IMG/VR virus record: IMGVR_UViG_3300042898_004347 | Coordinates: 64,001-128,000 of that record | Source: a virus | Strand: one strand, 5' to 3' | DNA: 64,000 nt | In this document: positions 34,869-44,086 of the stretch, one piece after another | Layout of the letters: the number at the start of each line of letters is the position of its first letter | Position numbering within the stretch: the first letter of the stretch is position 1 | The notes under the pieces: model-generated | What the model saw: only the letters and a program-made list of their open reading frames with translations | What the model was told of the DNA's origin: nothing | Databases searched by the model: none | Position numbers and translations under genes: made by a program

Positions 34869-36233
34869 TTATTCGATTTTAAATCCGTTAAAGTTCCTCT
34901 CCTGAGTACCACTACGGACAGTTGGTTCTTTGCTTAAAGTCTGAGCTTTGTTTTCAACATCAAACAGTTTCATCTTGGCACGATCAACTCCAATGATAAA
35001 ACGCTTATTCTTGGTTGGATCGTTATACCGGTTTTTTAACTGTTTGACAATAAGTTGTCCCATCTTTTCAAGTTCTTCAGTTGAGATGAGGGCAAACATG
35101 AGATCTGCCGTTGCAGGAAGACCAAAGGATTCTGAGGTGTCAGTCAGTTCAACATCGCTATTGCCGAATCCACTACGAGTTGTCTGAGTCGCAGAGAAGA
35201 TTGGAACATTGAATTCCACAGCAAGACCACGAATTTCTTCCGCAATAGCCTTGATGAATGAGTAGGTATTGATTGAACCTCCCACGCCTTTCATACGAGA
35301 AGAAGCACAGATGTTAAGATAGTCAATAAAGATGACGTCAGGAGTAAAATCCTTCTTCAGCTTAAGTTCATTCAAAAGAGCACGGAAATGACCAGCATGT
35401 GCAGATGCAGTTGGATATTCCTTGATGATTAAAGATCCTACAGTCTTTGCAGCAATCTTCTTGATCTTGCTCTCGTACAAGTCCTTTGGAAGACTTGCAA
35501 GTTGATCAATTGGGATATTCATTAGATTCGCATCGATACGTTCAGCGATGCGTTCTTCTGACATTTCTAGCGTGATGTACAGCACATTCTTACCCTGTGT
35601 CAGATACGAAGAAGCCACATGACACATGAAGAGGGACTTTCCCACGCCCGTGCCGGCAAGACAGATATTCAACGTCTTACGTGGAACTCCATTCTTGGTA
35701 ATGGCATTGAACATCTCGAGATCGAATGGAGTACGATCTTCCACCTTGTGATAGAAGTCGAACCGATCCTCAAAGTCACCGATGTAATCGTGACCCACAG
35801 AATTGTCAAAGTTGATTCCAAGAGCCTTTTGAAGGATGTCTGGAATTGCACCTTGGCCAATATCTTTCTTCTTGCCATCGATGATCTGAATCGATTCCAT
35901 AATGGCCAAGAATACGGCACGGTCCTTACACCATTTTTCCGTATTCTCGATTAGCCATAGGTCTTCAACTTTGGGATTCTCACTGAGAGATTCAATAAGT
36001 TTGACTGTAGAATCGTATTGATCCTCTCGAATGTCAGTCTTGTCAAGATCAATGCCAAGGCTCGTCTGCGTAGGAAGTTTATTGTACTTGGCAATAAAAT
36101 CCAGGACGAGTTTGTAGACTGACTTATGAGAACCCTCAAAATACTCAGACTTAATGAATGGCAATACTTTTCTGCAGTATTGCTCATCATTAACTAGTTT
36201 CTGAAGGATTGTCGTTTGTAGGTTGTTTGTCAT
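34869..36233 (-). CDS. 41: Replicative DNA helicase gp41
   Basis: AGTGVGKS, IDYLNIC, ATQTTRSG, QLKNRY. Confidence 0.96.
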   Translation of the reverse strand: MTNNLQTTILQKLVNDEQYCRKVLPFIKSEYFEGSHKSVYKLVLDFIAKYNKLPTQTSLGIDLDKTDIREDQYDSTVKLIESLSENPKVEDLWLIENTEKWCKDRAVFLAIMESIQIIDGKKKDIGQGAIPDILQKALGINFDNSVGHDYIGDFEDRFDFYHKVEDRTPFDLEMFNAITKNGVPRKTLNICLAGTGVGKSLFMCHVASSYLTQGKNVLYITLEMSEERIAERIDANLMNIPIDQLASLPKDLYESKIKKIAAKTVGSLIIKEYPTASAHAGHFRALLNELKLKKDFTPDVIFIDYLNICASSRMKGVGGSINTYSFIKAIAEEIRGLAVEFNVPIFSATQTTRSGFGNSDVELTDTSESFGLPATADLMFALISTEELEKMGQLIVKQLKNRYNDPTKNKRFIIGVDRAKMKLFDVENKAQTLSKEPTVRSGTQERNFNGFKIE

Positions 36234-36540
36234 TAGACCCTAATTTATAATTACCAGTATCGAAAGCGTTTTGAATAATGTGGCTAAGAATGTCGCCGAG
36301 ATGGTTATTGAAGTCGTTTGATTCTTCAAGTATTTCTACGGTCTGTGGAGCCGGAGATTCATCGACCTTGAATTGAAAAGAAAGGGTGGCTGATTCTTTG
36401 TCTTCGTTGACCTTTAAGGAAACCTTTCCATAGGTAACAATGACGCCAGACCATTGGCCAGTTTTCAGCTTCACCGAATACAATTCGGAAGTTGGCTTTT
36501 CAACAAAAGAATAATCGCTGTCAGTAATTTTAGGATTCAT
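36190..36540 (-). CDS. Conserved protein in the gp40 position
   Basis: Synteny between uvsX and 41. Confidence 0.6.
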   Translation of the reverse strand: MNPKITDSDYSFVEKPTSELYSVKLKTGQWSGVIVTYGKVSLKVNEDKESATLSFQFKVDESPAPQTVEILEESNDFNNHLGDILSHIIQNAFDTGNYKLGSNDKQPTNDNPSETS

Positions 36541-37576
36541 CTTCATCAATAATTGAAATGTTGCTGGTGTTGCTTTGACCATCGACTCCGAGGGTATAGC
36601 GTTGACGAATGTATGCCTTGAACTCTTTCGAGTCTAAGATTCCATTCCAGAATTCTTTGTTATAGGTATCCTTTTCACGATACTTTGTCTCATCACCTTT
36701 CTTTGCATACCAGCCCATAGAAGGCTTTGTAACAAATCCGCCCTCAAGGGCAACGTCGAGAAGGCCCGAATACTTCTCAACGCCATTTGCAAACGAGACT
36801 GAGATAGGAACCTTGGACTTTTCTTTTACGAAACGAGACTTGTCAACGTTGATCACGAAGTGATAACCCTCAATGCCTTCATCACCCTTGTCTTGCTGAC
36901 GACCAAGAATCCATACGGTATTGGCAGAGTAATAAAGACCCGTGCCGCCCGAGAGAACATCCTTCGGATACATGTCCTGCGTCTTGTACGTATGACCAAT
37001 TGCAACAAGAGGAATATCTTTCATTGCAAGGTGTGGTGTGACCATGCGGAAAAGACTCTTAAAAGCTTTTGCACGAGTCATATCACCCACAGACTTCTCA
37101 TTCATTGCATCCTCAACTTCTTTCTTCGAAGCAAGATTACCCACAGAGTCAATCATGATGATGACCTTGTCAGTCTTCTCAATACCGTCAAGCTGCTTCA
37201 TGATGTCGAATTTGAGATCTTCAACATTCAAGATTGGACAATGAAGAACTCGGCTCGTATCAATGCCAAAGGTCTTGAAATAGGACTGAGGAGAACCAAA
37301 TTCAGAATCATAGAACAGCACAACGGATTCAGGATATTTGCGCATATACGCAGCAACCATGATGAGTGCGAATGAAGTCTTGAAGTGCTTCGATGGACCA
37401 GCAAGGACCGTAAGACCCGATGTGAGACCTTTGTCAAGGTCTCCGGAAAGGGCAACGTTAATCATAGGAACGTCTGTTGCGATGCTTTCGCTTTGATTGA
37501 AAACCTTAGAATCATCCAAGGTTGCAGCGGTATCAATTCGTGAATTCTTTTTTAATTTTGCGAGTAGTGATGACAT
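36530..37576 (-). CDS. uvsX: RecA-like recombinase UvsX
   Basis: GPSKHFKT, YDSEFG, DSVGNLASKKE. Confidence 0.96.
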   Translation of the reverse strand: MSSLLAKLKKNSRIDTAATLDDSKVFNQSESIATDVPMINVALSGDLDKGLTSGLTVLAGPSKHFKTSFALIMVAAYMRKYPESVVLFYDSEFGSPQSYFKTFGIDTSRVLHCPILNVEDLKFDIMKQLDGIEKTDKVIIMIDSVGNLASKKEVEDAMNEKSVGDMTRAKAFKSLFRMVTPHLAMKDIPLVAIGHTYKTQDMYPKDVLSGGTGLYYSANTVWILGRQQDKGDEGIEGYHFVINVDKSRFVKEKSKVPISVSFANGVEKYSGLLDVALEGGFVTKPSMGWYAKKGDETKYREKDTYNKEFWNGILDSKEFKAYIRQRYTLGVDGQSNTSNISIIDEDES

Positions 37577-37615
37577 AATAGAACTATACTATAGTTGATT
37601 GATCCTGTACATCTT

Positions 37616-38614
37616 TTATTGATTCCAGTGAGGATAAAATTCTCTGGATAAATGAACAGATTGTGGTTTTTCCATGCAGGCAAAATCTAATTCGCCTTTG
37701 AGATTCATTAGCTTTGAAATCCATTCAAACACCTTGACATTGCCTTTGGCATTCTTATGAAGCTGTTCAACGAAGAGATTTCGAATATCATTGCGTTCAT
37801 TCCAGGTACCATAGAATGGAGTTCCCTTGTAATAGCCAGTCTTTGGCAATTTGCGAGACTCGTTTTCAATTGGTAGAGGTTCCCAGATTGTCACTTTGCA
37901 GTTACACGTCTTTGCAAGATCCTCACATTGCTGAACATATCCAGCAACAAGATCTCGAGTAGCTGCCTCAGGATTACTCTGACGAAGCAGATGATGGCGA
38001 ATGTCAATGTTTCCGAAGTACACTTCAATCTCATCGTACTTCAGTTTATTTGGTAATACAAAAGATTTGAGACCCGAAGTGATAGCACCATAAAGAGTTT
38101 TATATGGGACGCAATTCAGTTTCCATCCTGGGCGATACATGGAAAGAGCATGAGAATCTCCGATTGCCAGTTTTGCGCTTTCTAATTCAAGATCCGTGTT
38201 GATTACCGTCGCAGATGTTTCAATCCGGGCCAGATTAATCCAGTCGACTAGTTTCCAATCTGGATGCGATGCTGGTTCTTTATCAACCCGGGGTTTAATC
38301 ATCTCAGAGTATTTTGGGAAATCAATTGTGAGGGAAAGGACTTTACCAGTGAACTTGGACAAACGGACAATCTGGTCAATTGCACCAAATTGCTTGACGC
38401 CTCCAAACATATTGACAGTACCGCCCCAATCATTCCCATGATAGACTGCAATCGTATCAAATGCATTGTAATCCTTAATCTTGCCACCATGGTTGACGGT
38501 AACATCGTATCCCATGCATTTAAGTTGATCAGCATAGATTGCAGCCTGCGCGGCACGATGCGATGAAATCCGCTCCGAGATTGGAGCCATCGGTGTAGTG
38601 ATTAAGACTTTCAT
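37616..38614 (-). CDS. Nucleotide-modification-associated protein with SGNH-like domain
   Basis: IGDSH, YFGNID, SVHL motifs; cluster context. Confidence 0.55.
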   Translation of the reverse strand: MKVLITTPMAPISERISSHRAAQAAIYADQLKCMGYDVTVNHGGKIKDYNAFDTIAVYHGNDWGGTVNMFGGVKQFGAIDQIVRLSKFTGKVLSLTIDFPKYSEMIKPRVDKEPASHPDWKLVDWINLARIETSATVINTDLELESAKLAIGDSHALSMYRPGWKLNCVPYKTLYGAITSGLKSFVLPNKLKYDEIEVYFGNIDIRHHLLRQSNPEAATRDLVAGYVQQCEDLAKTCNCKVTIWEPLPIENESRKLPKTGYYKGTPFYGTWNERNDIRNLFVEQLHKNAKGNVKVFEWISKLMNLKGELDFACMEKPQSVHLSREFYPHWNQ

Positions 38615-39558
38615 GATTTAAAATAAGCGCGATTCTCTTCCATATCCCCGAGATCTTTCCATTTACGCTGGCTATTAATTTTTGAAATATCCACTTTAGA
38701 TAGATTGCGGTTAATGTGTGCATCCGCACCCACATTTATAAAGATTGCTCCTGGTTTTCCTTTTTTTACAAACCCTTCCCATGCTTTTGCGTCATATGCC
38801 GCAGTTGTTGGGAACGGCATTTCATTTGCAATCGGATGAGCTTTAAGGAAAGGCATAGTTGCCGTTACAACTTCAGCATCGCCAATTTCACCATCATGGA
38901 TATTTCGAGCAACTGCAACCCCGTAGGCTTTTGCATTTGGCCAGCCAATTTGAAGTGCCCGAACCATTGTGCCTGTTGATACAGCACACCAAATTTCAGA
39001 AGGTTCATGCCCAATTAAATTAGTAACCATATTAGCCATGTTTGCAAGTCCAGCAGTCACTGTTGCATTTCCAGTAAGACCAAATGGAAGATACTGAGCA
39101 TTATTCTTTTCTGCCCATTTTTTCGCATAGGAATTCAATACTGGCATTGCAGCAATCTTAAAGAATCGCATGTCTGTATGTGCATAGGCAAAAAGAGCAC
39201 CTTGATGATTCGATACTTCAGATGAAGCTGGACAAAAGAAAACACATTTCTTATTATACATCTGAGCCAACATGGCGATGGCATCCGGAGCGTGACCCTG
39301 CCGCGGTGCACAGTAGACTAAAGTATCCTTAGGAGTTTCAGCAATAACTCGTTCTCCGCCGAATGCCTTTAATCCACCCGGAGCAAAATCTGCTCTAAGG
39401 ATGTATTTGTCTCCGAACTGTTCAACAACTGGAGGATCGATTCGAGTATTGAACGTCCCCCACAAGTTTTGATAATACTCTTTTGCCTGGCTACGCGACA
39501 TCCCTTTCGGAATATCCTTGTTAGATGTGTCTTGAGTTACTGTGTACATGTTTTGCAT
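38611..39558 (-). CDS. PLP-dependent enzyme (fold type II)
   Basis: RAD..PGGLK, AVSTGT, YDAKAW. Confidence 0.8.
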   Translation of the reverse strand: MQNMYTVTQDTSNKDIPKGMSRSQAKEYYQNLWGTFNTRIDPPVVEQFGDKYILRADFAPGGLKAFGGERVIAETPKDTLVYCAPRQGHAPDAIAMLAQMYNKKCVFFCPASSEVSNHQGALFAYAHTDMRFFKIAAMPVLNSYAKKWAEKNNAQYLPFGLTGNATVTAGLANMANMVTNLIGHEPSEIWCAVSTGTMVRALQIGWPNAKAYGVAVARNIHDGEIGDAEVVTATMPFLKAHPIANEMPFPTTAAYDAKAWEGFVKKGKPGAIFINVGADAHINRNLSKVDISKINSQRKWKDLGDMEENRAYFKS

Positions 39559-40700
39559 AGTTCCTTATATTTTTCTGCCGTGACTCCAGCGCGGCTAATG
39601 ACATAGTCGTCTGATGGGTGTACATCGAGATCGTTAAACGACTTAATGAGACCGAGCTCGAGCATCGGCTTCTGCCGGCCATAGGGATGGTCGTGAATAC
39701 GATGTGATGACCAAAGATTATCTCTGTCCAGATGATTATATGCAGAGCCTGGACGAACGTAGTTTTCAACCCAACGGATGAAATCACAGCACACGTCTTC
39801 TGCGTTATAAGGGAATGCTCCGGTATCAGATTGAATTTTCTCCATGACAAGATCGAGGAAAGCCTCGGTCTTCATCTTTTTGTTTGGAACTGCAAGATAT
39901 GAAATACATTCAACAGCATTTGAACCATAGTAAAATGGGGTATCCCGATGGACATACTGAGGAAACCAATCAGCAACGTCAGCAACAACTGCTGCATATT
40001 GGAAAGCAAACCTACGCATTCCATTTGCTTGATTCCAGCTCAACATGAATTCGCCAATTTCGCGAAGTGTCTTTTTGTTTCCAGCAACTAAAAAATCTGC
40101 AAGCTCAGTGGCCAAACGTGGAGCAAATTCGCAGAGGTAGTAATCGCCACCACGTTTATAACCTGCGGGTGGTTTTGGAAATGCAGGAAACTGGTATCCA
40201 ACTGAAGTGTAAAACGGAGACTTCTCGGCTTTCACGATTTCCGTCATCTCTGGAATTGAAGAAGCAGTATGAAGCTTGAACAATAACGTATTATGGTAAC
40301 CGGATGGTTTGGTTGCATAATTGATGGCAGAACCTGTTACGCGGTGAAGAATGAATACGTACATCCATTCTGCAAGAGTGAACTTCTTTCCATTCCAACT
40401 CGTGGCCACAGTCTTACGTTGCGCAGTATGGTTTCCTGATGACATCTTCATCCAATAGGGGTGATCTGCATTCCAACCATAAAAGCAATCATTCACGATC
40501 TGCGAGAATCCAGCAAATTTACGTTCAACCACATCGTAGAGCTCAACATTTTCAAGCAAAGCATCACCCATTTTAGACTCGGCATGAGTAAGCATCCCAT
40601 AAGGAGGTCTAGATGAAACGTTGCATTTCTCCTGTTGATCCTTTGCTAATTGATAGTAGCGAAGGAATTCATCGTAATAGTGTGTAGTTGAAAGACTCAT
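39537..40700 (-). CDS. Putative DNA base hypermodification transferase (aGPT-Pplase/glycosylase-like fold)
   Basis: Context and helical glycosylase-like C-terminus (FQYAAVVAD.., NAEDVCCD); family call is inference. Confidence 0.5.
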   Translation of the reverse strand: MSLSTTHYYDEFLRYYQLAKDQQEKCNVSSRPPYGMLTHAESKMGDALLENVELYDVVERKFAGFSQIVNDCFYGWNADHPYWMKMSSGNHTAQRKTVATSWNGKKFTLAEWMYVFILHRVTGSAINYATKPSGYHNTLLFKLHTASSIPEMTEIVKAEKSPFYTSVGYQFPAFPKPPAGYKRGGDYYLCEFAPRLATELADFLVAGNKKTLREIGEFMLSWNQANGMRRFAFQYAAVVADVADWFPQYVHRDTPFYYGSNAVECISYLAVPNKKMKTEAFLDLVMEKIQSDTGAFPYNAEDVCCDFIRWVENYVRPGSAYNHLDRDNLWSSHRIHDHPYGRQKPMLELGLIKSFNDLDVHPSDDYVISRAGVTAEKYKELCKTCTQ

Positions 40701-40703
40701 AAA

Positions 40704-41150
40704 TTATTCGAATTTGACAAATTCCCAGGTAATACCTGCTTCAGTGAACATCTGCTGAGTCAGATTCCACGACTCTTGCCACGTTGCAGGTATTTCCTGC
40801 CATGGCATAACGATGTTTTTAATTCCAACTTGGATGATGCCTTTTGCACATTCAGAGCAAACTGGCAATCCATGCACAAACAAAATGGATCCATCAAGCG
40901 AGACGCCACTATAACTTGCGTTGTAGATGGCATTCATTTCTGCATGAACCACATATTTGTACTTCGTCGGACGATCAGCATACCGATCCGGAGTATCTTG
41001 GATTCCACGTGGGAAACCATTATAGCCCTGAGCTAGTACCTGACCCTTCGACCCAATGATGACACATCCGATTTTTGTGGATGGATCTTTCGACCATCCA
41101 GCAATCTCTCGTGCTAACTTAAGGTAGCGACCTTTCCACTTATTATCCAT
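40704..41150 (-). CDS. cd: dCMP deaminase
   Basis: SKDPSTKIG, GYNG, HAEMNA, PVCSEC. Confidence 0.93.
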   Translation of the reverse strand: MDNKWKGRYLKLAREIAGWSKDPSTKIGCVIIGSKGQVLAQGYNGFPRGIQDTPDRYADRPTKYKYVVHAEMNAIYNASYSGVSLDGSILFVHGLPVCSECAKGIIQVGIKNIVMPWQEIPATWQESWNLTQQMFTEAGITWEFVKFE

Positions 41151-41820
41151 TAATAAGTGTGAAGTGCCGTTCATAGACGTGGAGCGAGCCGACGTGCCAG
41201 ATGAGGTCTCCCATTTCATAATTATTTTCTCCGAGCGTGTTTAGATCTTGCAGAAGGCGGGTTTGTACTATGTATTGCCAGGCACGATCATTCTTATAAC
41301 CGAAGACAACATCATTGCTTCGCATTTGGACGATGGCATGAAGTTTATTGTCTCGAATAAGATATTGCACAGCATTCGTGCACATGAAATCGGAACAGCC
41401 ATCTTCGCAATAATGCTGGTGCATCTCTGGCCGAGTATAGATCATTATGGCTCTGCGACTATTTGGATTTGCAATAAGCTCATTTCGCGCAGAATTATAT
41501 TGCTTATAATTGGTTTCTGAGTAGATGCACCAGCCATAGTTTGAATTAATCCAGCCATCTTTCGTTGCAACTTGTTTCCAGATCTTAGGAGCACCGCCAG
41601 GAATATCATTGACATTCAACGACTGGGAATCATACCATTGAAGTTCAGCATTGATGTACTCATAATTTGGTTTGCCAAAGATGGCTTCTTCATCTGCAAA
41701 GAATGATGCGCCACATAACTCGAGTGTTTTAACACCACTCTTGTCTGTCACATAGGCACCATTCGTTAGAGCATCTTTAAAATGCTGACGAATATCATTA
41801 ACTCTGGGTAGATTTAGCAT
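41143..41820 (-). CDS. 42: dCMP hydroxymethylase-like enzyme (T4 gp42 family)
   Basis: DFMCTNAVQYLIRD...MRSNDVVFGYKND closely follows T4 gp42, with Asp at the specificity position. Confidence 0.85.
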   Translation of the reverse strand: MLNLPRVNDIRQHFKDALTNGAYVTDKSGVKTLELCGASFFADEEAIFGKPNYEYINAELQWYDSQSLNVNDIPGGAPKIWKQVATKDGWINSNYGWCIYSETNYKQYNSARNELIANPNSRRAIMIYTRPEMHQHYCEDGCSDFMCTNAVQYLIRDNKLHAIVQMRSNDVVFGYKNDRAWQYIVQTRLLQDLNTLGENNYEMGDLIWHVGSLHVYERHFTLING

Positions 41821-42148
41821 TGAGATGGCGGTTAAGAAAGTCACGATCAGTGCGCTGGCCGTCAATACCTTTACGGCAGAATGACACAAAGAAGGATGAA
41901 TAGTTAATGAGATCCTTTGCAGAGTCTTCAAGGGAATCGAAATTAGGTGCATAGTTTGCATCATTCTCCATTGCCTCAAGGACAGAACGAAGACGCAGCA
42001 CCTTTGTGTTCATGATGTCAAGGATTGACGCAGCACCGCGTGGATAATAATCAGCTTGACGAATCGTACTATTTGGATTCTGATAATCGTTGGACTTTTT
42101 GAGTTGCAGATCTGCACACTCTTGGAGGACTTTGATGGATTCTTTCAT
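41798..42148 (-). CDS. Nucleotide-modification-associated domain protein (DUF1599/Nmad1-like)
   Basis: KKSNDY...K..R...DSAKDLINY. Confidence 0.7.
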   Translation of the reverse strand: MKESIKVLQECADLQLKKSNDYQNPNSTIRQADYYPRGAASILDIMNTKVLRLRSVLEAMENDANYAPNFDSLEDSAKDLINYSSFFVSFCRKGIDGQRTDRDFLNRHLNAKSTQS

Positions 42149-42161
42149 AATAAAGAGATAA

Positions 42162-42632
42162 TCATACACTAGTTATAGCAGTTTGTACAGTAAATTGTGG
42201 ACGAGAGCCAATAAAAGATGAACCATTCCAGTTCCATATTCCATAGAATTCATACTCATCAGAATCCATGGGATTCAAGAAAATGTAAATTCGTCGTGCC
42301 ACCGGAATACCTCGGGCAATTTTATCTGCCATTCCCTGCAATACGTTCCTGCAATTTGCAGCGCAGGTTGTAACCTTCACGTCAATCGATGTGATGCCAT
42401 CAGGCTCATACAGATCTTTGTATTTTCGATCATCGTCCACGTAACCTTGCGCCATAAGCCATAGCTCAGCGTAGTGGCCACGTAGGCACTGCTTTAGAAT
42501 TTCATCAAACGTACGATCCTGATGCACTGCAGGACTCGGATCCTCATGGATCCGTTTTGCCTCTTTTGAGGCGCGGGAATATAACGACTGTTGGTCGATA
42601 TCGGATTTCTTAAATGTGATAGCGTTCTGCAT
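42162..42632 (-). CDS. Hypothetical protein, possible PD-(D/E)XK
   Basis: G..AE...D...IDVK pattern. Confidence 0.55.
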   Translation of the reverse strand: MQNAITFKKSDIDQQSLYSRASKEAKRIHEDPSPAVHQDRTFDEILKQCLRGHYAELWLMAQGYVDDDRKYKDLYEPDGITSIDVKVTTCAANCRNVLQGMADKIARGIPVARRIYIFLNPMDSDEYEFYGIWNWNGSSFIGSRPQFTVQTAITSV

Positions 42633-42696
42633 TCAATACAATCATACACTTAGGCCTTAAAAAGTAAAGCACTAAAAATTACCTAAAGTGTTGATG

Positions 42697-43647
42697 CTAG
42701 AGCATGACACTCTTGTAGGCAAACTCAATGGCACGTTCAGCTTCCACATTCAATGGTCGTTTTTGATAAAGCCTAGAGGTATCGCTATCGAGACCGCGGA
42801 TCATTTCTGCAATCTGCGATGCGGTAATAGGATATTTGCGCTTCACTGCATTGCACGCAATACTCGACATGATTTTGTAGATCATGCGGTATCTTCCAGA
42901 GCCATCAATCGATGAGATTGTCTTGTACTCATTGATCAGCTTTTTATTCACAAAAGGACAATCGGTATAGGATGACCAGCTTACAGAGTTATTGTTCAGT
43001 TGTTCTTTCCGATGATTCAGAATTTCTTTCTGAATGTTGGATGGAAGCTTATCAATGAAACTCTGAGATGGCTTTTCGCTGAATGGATGCATTGCCATAA
43101 TCTGGTCTGGATCCATGATCTCACCGGACCGAACCACGATAAAATTATCAGCATCTGGATATTGCGCAGGAACGTAATACATCCGGCTCAGATCTTTCGT
43201 CTGCTCATCCGCCATAGAATTAAAATGCTTATTCAGGGCATACCAAAAATGACGAATTTTATCAGGAGGTACTTCCTTGTTCAATTGAAATACGATTCGA
43301 AACTTCTTTTTGTCTGGACGAGATGACGCAGTCGAATAACAAATATGCTTGTACTGAGAATACACCTTTACTGCATCTGCAAATGAGCACTCATATTCGT
43401 CCACATCCAATGCAGCCCAACCACCCCAGGACGTTACATTGGCGTTGGATCGAGTTCCACCTTTGGCATAGACTGCTGGAGAAATGAGAGAAGATGATTT
43501 CTTCGTCTCACCCCTTTTAGCCTTATAGCCTGGCAATCTTGAAAGCATGAAAAGCAACTTTTCAAAGTCCGCCCAAGATTGACAGACTACTAGCTTATCC
43601 GTCTTATTGTCAAAGATGGAATCAAATACTGTGAGTGAATAGTTCAA
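42697..43647 (-). CDS. Primase-polymerase (AEP)-like protein
   Basis: ISPA.Y, LDVD, YSTASS, KFRIV, D.SRMYYVP. Confidence 0.75.
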   Translation of the reverse strand: MNYSLTVFDSIFDNKTDKLVVCQSWADFEKLLFMLSRLPGYKAKRGETKKSSSLISPAVYAKGGTRSNANVTSWGGWAALDVDEYECSFADAVKVYSQYKHICYSTASSRPDKKKFRIVFQLNKEVPPDKIRHFWYALNKHFNSMADEQTKDLSRMYYVPAQYPDADNFIVVRSGEIMDPDQIMAMHPFSEKPSQSFIDKLPSNIQKEILNHRKEQLNNNSVSWSSYTDCPFVNKKLINEYKTISSIDGSGRYRMIYKIMSSIACNAVKRKYPITASQIAEMIRGLDSDTSRLYQKRPLNVEAERAIEFAYKSVML

Positions 43648-44048
43648 TCGGTGAAAATAGGTCCAAGCAATCCTACGTTATCTGCGTGAGATGGTGCAGT
43701 CCAACCTTGAGGCTTAATTAGATCTGGAAGACCCAATGGATTTGGCCGAGACTCTTTTACTCCTACTTGTTTAGCGATGTTCGCTTCATATACCGCAGCC
43801 CAGGCTTTTTCAGAATCAACATCAAAAGCGTTGAGTGTGCCGATGGCAACAACGCAAAGATCGATGAGTGCATCAACCACATCATCAGCATTGTCTGCTT
43901 TCTTCATTTCATCGAGTTCTTCTTGCAAGAACTTAATGCGAAACTCCAGGAAAGCCTTAAGCTTTTCCTTGTCGAATTCACGTACGATTGGATTTACTCC
44001 AAATTTGCGATGCATATATTCAATGTCATGTACCCAATTAGTTTTCAT
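43644..44048 (-). CDS. MazG/PRA-PH-like NTP pyrophosphohydrolase
   Basis: LQEELDE...DALIDL...KP.GW. Confidence 0.85.
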   Translation of the reverse strand: MKTNWVHDIEYMHRKFGVNPIVREFDKEKLKAFLEFRIKFLQEELDEMKKADNADDVVDALIDLCVVAIGTLNAFDVDSEKAWAAVYEANIAKQVGVKESRPNPLGLPDLIKPQGWTAPSHADNVGLLGPIFTD

Positions 44049-44086
44049 AAGTTAATAATAATTCAGCTGACGTTTATTGTAAACAC

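Noticed and set aside
41143-41820. thyA thymidylate synthase
   Set aside because: It has the gp42-type Asp (KND) rather than the TS PFN Asn, and thyX is present.
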